Assembly (NCBI GenBank): GCA_905331295.1
Contig: CAJNYD010000226.1
Span: forward strand, 1 to 64,000
Length of the DNA: 64,000 bases
DNA from: Rotaria socialis
Lineage: Eukaryota
Reading direction: 5' to 3'
The notes under the pieces were generated by a model. The model had not been told where the DNA came from and did not search any database. It was given only the letters and a program-made list of their open reading frames with translations. The translations under genes and the position numbers were made by a program. Shown here in pieces: positions 40,001 through 52,300 of the stretch. Each line of letters opens with the position of its first letter. Within the stretch, counting starts at the first letter, position 1.

Positions 40001-43000
40001 CTAAATTTATATCATGGCCATCGGTAATGGCATGCACTAAAAATGTTTTCAGTCGCCGAATGTCAACATATTATGCAGTTGTGATGGATGCGAGATATCC
40101 TTGAATCGAATCATCCTTATTATTAATCCATTGTATTTTAGATGTTGAGGCTTCTTTAAATGGAGGAAAAATCGAAGTGAATGTTTGATCACGATAGGTT
40201 ATAAGGTTTTCTTTTTTATCATGGAAAAATTTATAGAATCCAGCATTTACTCGTTGAAGATCAAATTTGGGTACCGTATTTTGATCACAACAGCTTGTAA
40301 CATCGTCTAGATAATCTGTTTGAAGATCACTAAAACCTTCATGATCCTCTGGAGAAAGTGTCTTTTCACGTGCTTGCCATTTAGCAATATCTTCTTGGCG
40401 TTTTTTATCATCATCATCTGGTAATTTAACTGTATCAAGAAAAACATCACGTACAAGCGCAGCCTGAATATCGAACATATTTAAAGTATATAGTTGATTT
40501 TGCATACCTAAATAAGCAAGGCGAGGCTCAGCAGACCAAAATATACCTTTATAAAGATTGTTGGGTATATAAAGATTGCTTGTACATTGAAAACGAAGAG
40601 GCTCAGCCATATAAGAATGATTATGTCGATAGCCAGTACATAAAATTACGCAATCGATATTATCAACACTTGTTCCATCTTTAAAATATGCAGTGTGTCC
40701 ATCAATTCGTTGTAATAGAGGAACTTCTTTTATAGCCTCGGGCCATTTAAATGCCATGGGACATGAACGATAACTTATTGTAATAGAACCAGCACCAAAT
40801 TTGTAACATTGTATAGCTATATCTTCAGCCGAATAGCTACCGCCAATAATCAATAGATTCTTACCAACAAATTCATCAGCGCCACGATAATCATGTGAAT
40901 GTAGAACTCGTCCTGGAAATGTAGAAAGGCCTTCGAAGTCAGGCATATTAGGTATTGTATAATGCCCAGTAGCTACTATTACATGGTCGAATATTAAATC
41001 CTTCTGTAATTCATTAGCGAGAAGATCTTGAACAGTGACATGAAATTGCTGTGTATTATCATCAAAATCAACATGACGTACAGTCGTTCGAAAATGAATA
41101 AATTTGCGAACATCGGCTGCTGCAGCTCGACCAATTATATAATCATATAAAATAGCACGTGGTGGATAAGATGTAATAGAGCGACCAAAGTGTTGCTCAA
41201 ATGAATAATCAGCATATTCAAGTAATTCTTTAGGACCATTTGACCACAATCTAACGGATAAAAAATTCAATAAAAACAATCCTGAAACTTAAATTTAGCA
41301 CTTACTGTCGATACATGCTTGAATGGATAGGTTCGCCACAAGAATATGTACCTACTAGAGCAGTATATTGCCATAGACCACCCCATTCTGCTTGTCTTTC
41401 AAAACAGACCAACTCGACACGTTGTTCTTGTTCGGCTTGTTTGAAAGCAATCAATTGCGATAAACCACTTGGGCCAGCACCAATGATAGCTATACGTTTT
41501 TTAGTTACGTTTGCCATGGATCCTTTGTTTTTGCTTGCTGTGAATCGATCTAAAACAACTAGTCTTATCTTTCTTTTTTCTAACTGTTTTATGGGACAAA
41601 ATACAACAAATGCTTGAGTTCACATGCCCTCAAAATCCCAAAAGAATCGACGATTATATCGCGGAATATTAGGGCGATGTATCGTGCGATCTTATCGCGA
41701 TATAATCGTTCAAATTGCCGATTTTTTTTTAATTTTTAAGAAAAATTGAGACTAATTTACGATTGTGTAATCAGCTTAAATTTCTCATGAAAAAAGATAC
41801 AAAAAGTTAGAGTTTTCAAGGCTTTCGATATCTATAGAACGCGTCTGTCATTTTTCCGTTTGAGTTCCCTGAGAGCGACTGATATACTCTTGATCTTACT
41901 AAGTGCGTACAAATTCGTTTTTTATTACCGTACACACAAAAAAGAATTCGGAGAATGATCTACCCTGAAAAAGGATTTATAACTGCTAAATCAGTTTATC
42001 AATTAGATGTACCCTCTGATAAACCCTTTTCCCGTTTATAACTGTTCAAGGGTTTGTCACCCGTTGCAAACCGATATACCCTTGTACTGGTTTCACTCTT
42101 GATAAACCCTTTTTCCATAGATCAACAGAATCAACCCTGAAATACAGAGTTTATCATCACCTATAAGAAATGCACCTGTCAGGGTTGATTCTGTTGATCT
42201 ATGGAAAAAGGGTTTATCAAGAGTGAAACCAGTACAAGGGTATATCGGTTTGCAACGGGTGACAAACCCTTGAACAGTTATAAACGGGAAAAGGGTTTAT
42301 CAGAGGGTACATCTAATTGATAAACTGATTTAGCAGTTATAAATCCTTTTTCAGGGTAGATCATTCTCCGAATTCTTTTTTGTGTGTACGGTAATAAAAA
42401 ACGAATTTGTACGCACTTAGTAAGATCAAGAGTATATCAGTCGCTCTCAGGGAACTCAAACGGAAAAATGACAGACGCGTTCTATAGATATCGAAAGCCT
42501 TGAAAACTCTAACTTTTTGTATCTTTTTTCATGAGAAATTTAAGCTGATTACACAATCGTAAATTAGTCTCAATTTTTCTTAAAAATTGAAAAAAAATCG
42601 GCAATTTGAACGATTATATCGCGATAAGATCTCACGATACATCGCCCTAATATCCAGCGATATAATCGTCGAGTTTTTAGCGATTTTGAGGACATGGGCA
42701 AGAATCTAAATAGAGAATAAATGAATTGGCTAATGCTTATAGTAACTAACCATTAATATGAAAAGTATAGTTTAAGTGTGAGATGATGCACACCGATAAA
42801 AAATTCCGAGTAATGATCTATCCATGCACTTAAAAAAAGTTGCCATTAAACCCTTGAATGGTTTATTCCGATGTGGTGAACCCTTTCAGCATATATTAGT
42901 CGAAGGGTTTATGACGCTATGGGTTTATGAAAAATCAAGGGGTATATGATGGGTACATAAGGATTCATTATTCTACGATTTTAAGATCAGAGTATATCCT

Positions 43001-46000
43001 TCAACGGATGATCGTAGATTCTTGTTCGCTTTCAAGGTAGGGGTGTTCTATTCTTCGTTATCGGGTTTACTATTTTACTTTTTCGTTAAAAGGGTACATC
43101 ACTCTGCTTTTCTGCGTAGAGTAAGCTACCCTTCTCAGAAGTAGTTTATTATTCTATGCCAAAGTGTAGATTCTGCTACCATTTTCTGCTAAGGGTTTAA
43201 TATTCCACGTTCAACAGTTGATTCATCTACATCTTAATAAAAATGGTTTAGTACTGTATGTGAACGCTCGATTCTATGCCGCTTCATTGACAGGTTTTTT
43301 TTANNNNNNNNNNNNNNNNNNNNNNNNNNNNNNNNNNNNNNNNNNNNNNNNNNNNNNNNNNNNNNNNNNNNNNNNNNNNNNNNNNNNNNNNNNNNNNNNN
43401 NNNNNNNNNNNNNNNNNNNNNNNNNNNNNNNNNNNNNNNNNNNNNNNNNNNNNNNNNNNNNNNNNNNNNNNNNNNNNNNNNNNNNNNNNNNNNNNNNNNN
43501 NNNNNNNNNNNNNNNNNNNNNNNNTCCGTTCAATTCCTGTTCGACCCAATTCCCGGGATTCCGTACCGGAATTGCACGGTGTGGGTGTTGCGGTAAGTGT
43601 GGGTGTTGCCATAGGTGTGGGTGTTGCCATAAGTGTGGGTGTTGCCATAAGTGTAAGTGTTGGCATAAGTGTGGATGTGAATGTTAGTGTAAGTGCACTG
43701 AATTCCGGAATCGTTGGGAATTAGGCGGAATCCGTTTGGATTCCGTGTAATTCGGTAATTGAATAGGATGGGATAAACGGAATTCCGGGAATTAGATGGA
43801 ATTGATCGGCAGCGATTCCCGGAATTCCGGAATTGAATCGGAAGGGATGAACGGAATTTTGGGAATTGGATGGAATTGGTTCCGTGAGCGGAGCTGATTC
43901 CGGAATGTTCAACATTGCGGAATAGGATGTATTCTCGAAAAATCGGTGATTAATCGTGATAGATCGGGGTTACTCAAAAAAGCGGCGATCAACCGCAATT
44001 AATCGCTAGCATTTATCAAAATCGCGATGTATCATCAAAATTTAGGCGATTTCGACGACATGGGATTATATCAGTTTCATTGTTAGCAAATAGACGAAAA
44101 GTGGACCAGATAGTTATTTTACAGCATCAGTGCTTTTTTCGCGCGCACAAAGTTTTTCTGTTGATATTATTATAATTTTCCTACCAATATATATATTAGA
44201 TGAAGATTAGGAATGCACTGATTCCTACACTATGCTTTTAAAAATGGCATTCTTTTGCCATAAAGACTTGCGCTATATGCGAATTTTTTACATTCGTTTT
44301 GACCAGTTTTTCATGCTCTATCTGAATCAGCTGTCAAAATCTACCCACTATAAAATAAATCATTCGGACTAGGCGTGGAATCGGTCAAAAAGTGAAAATT
44401 TAAAGATTTTTCGGCCGATTCCAAGCGAATTACAGATTTATCTTTCGCATTAGAATATTCCTGAGGATAGATTTGAAAAGAGTGGTCAAAACTGAGCAGA
44501 AATATATGAAGAATTTATGAGAATCTCATAACTCCAAGTTTTTTCAGTATTTTAAACGTTTCTAAGAAATTCTAGGAATCGGCTGGAATTAGTTTTTCTC
44601 TGGTTGCAAAAATATTTGCTCAGCATCGACACTTGATATACTCTGATAGATTTTTCATATTATTTCTGCTCAGTTTAGACCGCTCTTTTCAAATTTATCC
44701 CCACCCTAGTGAAACATCTTGTAAGTAAGATCTTGGCCAAGATCTTGGGTACAGATAAGTGAACAGATCTTGAAAATTTAGGTACAAGATAACTGTATTA
44801 TCTTGTACCCAAGATCTTATTACAGATCTTAAGTAAGAATTCATAACATCTTGAACGATGCATTCTGAAAGTGTGTTTGGTATTTTTTCAATATATTTTA
44901 ATATTAACTATTCCTGTCCCGAATAGCTCAAGCAAATCAGATGTTGAGATCTGACCGGCTTTAAGTTGGTCCGATATTCGCCAGACCAATTTAGGGTAGT
45001 CCTCTCTCGACCATCGATCGAGATCAGCATCCTCTCGATTAATCAATAGTCGAGAAATAGTTTAGAAAAAAACTTATTTTGTAAAGTTATGTTTTTGCAT
45101 GTTCAATCATGTTGCTTATATTCTGTTCTGTATGCATAAAAAAACGGTGAATGACTAGATAGCCTATCTAAATAAACTAATGATGTCGCTTTCTGTTTTA
45201 CTCAAGATCTTGTGAGAAGATAATAGTAAAAGAAATCGTTGCCATGATCTTGCTAAGATCTTAGGTACAGATTTATCAGATAGGACAAGATCTGAACAAG
45301 CGAATTATCTTTTAAAGATCTTGATAAGATCTTACCTACCAATCCCAAGATTTCAAGATCTTACTTACAAGATGTTTCACTAGGGCAGGAATATTCTGAT
45401 GCGAAAGATAAATCTGTAATTCACTTGGAATTGGTTGGAATCGGTCGAAAAATCTTTAAAGTTTCACTTTTTGACCGATTCCACGCCGAGTCCGAATGAT
45501 TTATTTTATAGCGGGTGGATTTTGACGGCTGACTGAGATAGAGCATGAAAAACTGGTCAAAAAAAATGTAAAAAATTCGCATATAGCGCAAGTCTTTATG
45601 GCAAAAGAATGCCATTTTTAAAAGCATAGTATAGGAATCGGTGCGTCCCTATATCTAACGAGTGCTAGAATCTCATAGAAAACACGTTTATGCCAGTAGC
45701 TCCCCAATTCAAAAGTCGCGCGCGTCCCGCAAGCTCCGCAGTCCCGCATCCAAAATAAAAGGTACCTACATATACATGTACACTACAGACTTCTAAAGTC
45801 GCCAAGTGCCGCAGTCCAGCCTCTTTTTGTATATCAAGGGTGTGTTTTGTTTTCGAAAACTCAGTTTGAAATCAAAAAGCCCATAGACTCCAACCCTTAT
45901 ACAAAAGTAATATTTTCCTAAAAAAGACTTTCTCTATCCTAAAAAAAGCAAAATACAAAATTTCAAAAAACTAACAACGCCATCGTGTTCCCCGATCCCA

Positions 46001-49000
46001 GTTACCTTTGGTCAAACCTATCCCTATCCCTACAGGATATTGTTTGAGGTTAGTTAAGTTTATACATCTACTTTCCTATTGTACGAGCGAACGAACGACG
46101 AACGAACAGACGAGCGAATACATTTAGCTCGTTTTTCGTAATACCCTCCTTTCAGTAAATCATATTACTATTCAGTGAAGAAAATAAAATTGAGAAAGAA
46201 AGCAAGGGTTGATTTCACTTTTATTTTTGTCTAAGATAATAGAGATATGGAATGTGAAATAGTTATATATATCAGGGAAGGTCAAAAAACATTTTAAAAC
46301 GATAACAGAAAGACAGTGTATAGACACCAAAACACATTTCTTTTTAAGTTGTTGTTTTATTATGAATTTTATTAAAGAGATATTTCAATATTTGTTTATT
46401 CAGTTCGCGCAAATATAAATGAGAAACAAGCCAATAAATACTTGCTAAGGTGAATTTTTTTCTATTATGATTAATTGTTCAAAACAATTGAAACAAATAT
46501 TAGTCAAATTCAATTGATTTAATGTTTCTCTATATTACCCAGGTCGAACATTCCGGCCACCGGATCCCATAGGATACTCCAGGGAATATGCGGGAAAGTC
46601 ACCATATCCTGCAGGAAAACACGGGAAATTGCTGGAACATGGAAGCAGCCCCAGGAGAATCAGGGTACATCGGAATCGGTCGGAACCGATCGGTTCTGTT
46701 GAACTCCGACGATTTCCTAACTAACGGATTCCGGCCCAGATTTCGTCAAACCATTTCCGATCGATTCCCATCGGTTCCGTCAATTTCCGACAAATTCCGG
46801 GTCGAAATTTTCCGGAACTTAACGGAATTTTTCCGGCGGAAACCGGACCGGGATCCGTTAGTTAGGAAATCGTCGGAATTCAACGGAGCCGACCGAAAAG
46901 CAACGGAATCCATAGGATCCGATACCGGAAACGATCGGATCCACTGGTCGGATTGAATCTCCTGGGAGTATTTCGGTGAAAAATACGGCCGGACTTTTTC
47001 GGCGAATTCCTGCCAAGTTCCGGTGATTCCCGGCAGGAATTGATCGGAAATCACCGGAAAAAAATCCGAAAATTTTCCAACCGGAATACTGCTCCCAAAA
47101 AAATCAACGGAACTACCCGGAACAGTCGGGACTGTTCGGCCTGGGCATTGATTGCTGGTGCTTGATTTATGAAGAGAAATATGGAATATGAAGCTGTTCA
47201 CTAAGCATCTAGCTTTAGCGCATATGACTACTTGTTTGATTATAGTCTTTCGTTGAATTGTGACAAAGCAAGATAAATAAAATGCTGCTACTCAGTAAAT
47301 AATGTACTATTGTTATATTAAGTCGAAGATATTGTGTTTTTACACATTACGATACTTTAAGTTTTCTTGTTAGTACATGTACTCTGTAGTGTTAAGATTA
47401 AGGAATATCTTAGCTATTGCTTGGTCAAAGGTTTTTTTGCTAACTTCATATGAAATTGGCTTATCCTTGGTAGAATTTTCTTAACTGATTTAATGTTTTC
47501 AGAAGCTTTTCTACTTTTTATTTTTGTAGAATAAGCTTTAGTCCAACAGCATTATATTCTATGCAGAAGCATGCGGTCTGTGTAACTGATGCTACGAGCA
47601 TTTTACGATAAGGCGCTAAAGATGGATAGAGGCAGTGCTTACAGGAAAAAACAAGCGTACCTTCTTGATAATGTTTTTTATCTTCACAAAGATGAAGTCT
47701 TTTTTAATAGAAATAGATATGAGGATACTTGTTATAGGTTGTTTCCACTAAGAAGATTTTCAGTTATCTCAGTAGTCTCAACTCATAAATATAATTCTTA
47801 CTCACTGAAGTTCTGTATCGATTGCAAGCAACGATGAGTATTAAATCAAGCCGTAGATCATTTGCGTCTCTGTAGAAAAGAAAAATTTCAACAAACAGAT
47901 AATCTCTTCAATTGCTAGAAAGAAAAAGACTGATTTTAAGAAGGACTAAACATCATTAAAATTTTGCTGTCATCATTGATGCCAGATAATCAGACATATA
48001 CAGTTGTACTCATATAGATATGCACTGACTCACTTCGAGTGAAGACATGTGATATAATAAGTATACTCATACGAGTTGTATGCATCAAATTGAATGTGAA
48101 ATCTTTAGAAAAGTTATTCTTCAGTATATTAATTAATCATAATGGTGACAATGATAACCAAACAAGTAAAAATAAACAAAAGTAATTTATCATCACCATT
48201 CAATTATTTGATTCATTTTACATTTATCTTCATATCCATAAAACACGTATAAATAATATAACTAATATAACATATAATGAATGGCAATTAGGACTGGATT
48301 CATCATATTAAAATCTCTTATATTCTTCTCGATTGCATATGAAAACTTAATGCAAATAGATTTTTTTACAACATACAGCTACATATAAGATAAAACGATT
48401 GATAGATCAACTGGGAACAGCATTAGTTTTTCGATACTTTTTGTGGCGATGATAGTGGTTCAGAGAAATTTTGAATTGCAAGAAAAAAGAAAATGATTGA
48501 AGAAACTGGACAAGATCATTCCTGAAATTTGATGCACTCATTTTACGCACTAACCTAAATCAAAAGGATCACTATTTAATGGATAGTGTACAATTTGTTA
48601 AAACTCAAATATCCATATATCTGAATATAATTAAACAGTAAAAATTAGTATTAATGAAACTATATTATTTTGATTTATAAGAAAAAGTTTGACTTGATGG
48701 TAAAAATTGGATACAATATCAAACGCAGAAAATGCGTATAGTACAGAGAATAAAAAACTAAATAATCCAATTTTGATAAGTGTGGTTTCAATTAAATGAG
48801 AATTAGCACTCATGATGTTATTTTTAGAATAAGCATTCAGTAACTCTTCAATAAGTGTCAATCAGCTTTTACTAGCTACAAATAAATATAGAAGAACATT
48901 GACAAAAATGACTTTTTCAAGAAATGCTGGATTACAATCCTATTTTAAATGGAAACTGAAAATCTTGAAATAAATATAGTTTAATTTCATCGTTTCATAT

Positions 49001-49324
49001 TTGACTACCGGAAAATGTCAAAATTATCTATCTGCATCATCTTTATCACTTTCATTTAAACGTTCTCTATATAAGTTCATTATAATAAATAAAATGGCAT
49101 CTCTGTTGAAAAATATTTCAAATAAAATTTTTATAAAGACTCGTACATTTTCATAAGTAACGGAACGCTAGTATCGCTAACCTTCTACTGAAAGGACATG
49201 ATCACGTTAAATACAAGAATCCGATATACGTAGCTAAGAAATTCTTATTATAGGCACAATACATGACATATCTCAGTGATAATATCATTGGGATTTCCCA
49301 AAAACCAGTGTCACCTATCCACAT

Positions 49325-49356
<32 letters not shown>

Positions 49357-52300
49357 GTAGGTAAATACATAAATGATTAGATAGTAGGGTCACAGTCGCG
49401 GTACTGATCACGGTAATGGACACAGTCAGGGTAGTAGCCACGGTAGCGGTCACGGTCACGCCTTACTACGACTAGTTTTAAAAAACTCCGAGACCGTGAC
49501 TAAAAATCGTAGTCGCAGGTGTTACATGGCCAAACATTTTACACCCATTTTTATCTAAGCCTCGGCGCGTGGTGGCCCTGTGGGCCACCCAACGAGCGCC
49601 GAGATGCCACGTCTCTCTCATTGAACATGTTCAACTCATGTAGGTCTTCCATGACCAAAGGTTTTATCTACCCCCCAGGTGACCAAAAGACTAGTAAAAA
49701 GACTAGTCTTTTTTCTAGACAAGTCGGCCGTCCAGTCTAGTCTTTTTCTCAAAATGTCCTAGTACAGGACTAGTCTGAAATCTCGTATAGTCCATAGTGC
49801 CCGTCCGGACTATGAAAGTGACTGGAGTCATTCTATTTGTCATGCGTAGTCTTTTTCGAAAAAAAGTCTAGACATGCTGTACCATCCTGACGCCCGTCAA
49901 AAATATGATTCTAAATAAAAGTAAGAGCGTCCATGACCCTTTACATGACGAGTTGTGGCCTTATATAATGACGAGATCCTGACTAGTCTAAACTGAAATA
50001 TTTTATGACTACAACTAGATTCGAACACACATACCAACTATTACTTACCCATCGTTCAGACCATTGAGCCATTTGATCGAGAGATCAGTTTATCAGTATT
50101 TCTAGTCATTCTAATATGCTTTAAAATACGAATTTTTTCTATGTTTTATTCATATGAAAAATTGAATAAAAAATATTTTTTTATAAATTCCAAAATTATT
50201 CAGATGAAATTTAATAAAATAAATTGAAAACTGTGCTTATTTTATCTCATGTTTTTGTCTTGTTTTAGTCATTAATTTAGCAATTCAGCAGGACATTTTA
50301 TTCAACAATTTTTTTCCTTCTAATATTTATTTAGATAATTCAGAATTCGGACTGACGGTGTACTTAAAAAATAGAATAATCTTTACGAACATACAACAGT
50401 TTATATTAGCCTAGGAGCAGTCCTTCTAGCTACCATTAAAGGCATTTTCGGGTAGTGAGAATCAGTTTCCATCAAGTGATTTCTGCACACATGGTATATG
50501 GAAGACATCCATTTGCATTTTAGAATATATACATAGACATAAGGTTTACTGTATTACGGACTGCCGCCAAGACGCCAGTCTGATTTTTAATAGTATTATA
50601 AATGTCTCTAATGTTGTAATCTGACTTTCTTCTCCATTTTTTACAATATTTTCCCCTGCTATGGACTAGTCCAGGTGGGAGTAAATGAATAAACAGACCA
50701 GTCTAGACGGTAAAATGACATACGGACTAGTCATAATGATGCTTTAGAATATATTGGACTAGTCTAGACGGATAAAAGGACAAACGGACTAGTCAGAACG
50801 ATGCTCTGGGATAGCTTATACCAGTCCAAACGGGTAAAAGGACATACGGACTAGTCACAATAGATATGGAAGACGTATTAGACTAGACTTGAGGGTATAG
50901 CAGACTTTTTGGACTAGTCATGTCGCCCGTCCTCCCTATTTTTTTGCTCACTCGGGTATCTACCCATTTACCTATTTACCTATTTACCTATTTATCTATT
51001 TACCTACCTGTCTATCTATCCATCTACCCACTTATCTATTTATCTATTTACCTACCTACCTGTCTATCTATCATTCCTCCCATTTATTTAATTATCTGTA
51101 TCCGTCTACCCCTGCCTTGATCTACAGGTTGGTGCATTGATGATTGGATGTTTATAATTCTAGATCTATGTAAGTATCCATCTATATGTGTATAGGTGAC
51201 AGTTTGTTTTTGGAGAATCCCAATGATATTCTCACTAAGATTTGTCATGCACTCTATAGGCATGAGTTTCGCAACATGTAACAAAACAGTAAAAGGATTA
51301 GCAACCAGAACAGCTAAATCTGCTTGCATGAATCTAATATGAGTAGGCTTTAGTTGAATACGGTGCAAACTTCACCTAAGTGAGGATCATTTGAGTGCCT
51401 GAATAGCAGGATTAAAAAATACCGGAAGAGAGCTAACATTCAACACTCTATTTTATATATGTTCTTCCTCGTTTCTTCAAATGTGAATATACGTATAGAT
51501 AAGTTGAACTAACGAGGGAGGGCCACCAAGTGTTCAATCGCTTTTGCGTTGAAACTACTTAGATTATGTAGCTCCCAAGAAGTTATGAATACGGTAAAAA
51601 TATATTTTGGGCAGATAGCTTATTGTTACGAAAATAGGCCATTTTTATTGTATTTTTTAATTATTGCCGTAGCCCCCTTCAGGAACATTCGAAAATTGAT
51701 TTTCGAATTTTAACTTGAAATCTTATGCAACAATACATCTCAACGAGAGTGGTGTCTTTTGGAATGCTTTTGATCATTGCATTTATTTGTTTCATTAAAT
51801 CTGCTACTTCATTTGAAAGATGTACAATAAAAATTTCACAATACCCGTGTCTAACGATAGGGATAGTAGAAACGTCTGAAACGTTCACAATTGTCCTCCT
51901 TAGCGAGTCTTTATATGAAAAGTTTCAAGTCAAAATTCGAGCATCAATTTTTTTAGTGTCTTTGGGGGGCTCCAGGGACTCAAAAAAGCTCATACCTTAT
52001 AAATGGCCTAGTTGCGTCACAATAAACTATCCACCCAAAATATTTTTAGCGTATTCATAACTCATCGGAAGCTACATAATGTACGTAGTTTCAAAGCAAA
52101 AGCGATTGAACACTTGGTAATCCTACCTCGTAAGTCGTTTTGTATCGTGCCAAAAAATGATCGTATACCGTCAGATACTGAAATATCCGACAACATTACG
52201 ACCGTTAGTAACCGTTTGCGACACGGCGGAATATGGCCTAATACGGTGCGTACCAAAACGTCAAATTACCGTGAGTTACGGTCGGAAACGTTATAAAACG

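Noticed and set aside
40071..41517. FMO as a bacterial contaminant contig
   Set aside because: It has a canonical 55-nt spliceosomal intron, host-like AT content and flanking host-type MITEs, with no neighbouring bacterial genes.
43218..43915. ORFs spanning the N gap and minisatellite
   Set aside because: Artefacts of the N run and the 18-bp repeat.
46588..47201. 122-aa and 151-aa ORFs
   Set aside because: They fall in GC-rich palindromic MITEs that lack stops by composition; no protein motifs.
47200..49200. Possible second cargo gene in the DENND6 intron
   Set aside because: Only short ORFs, with no coherent splicing or motifs.
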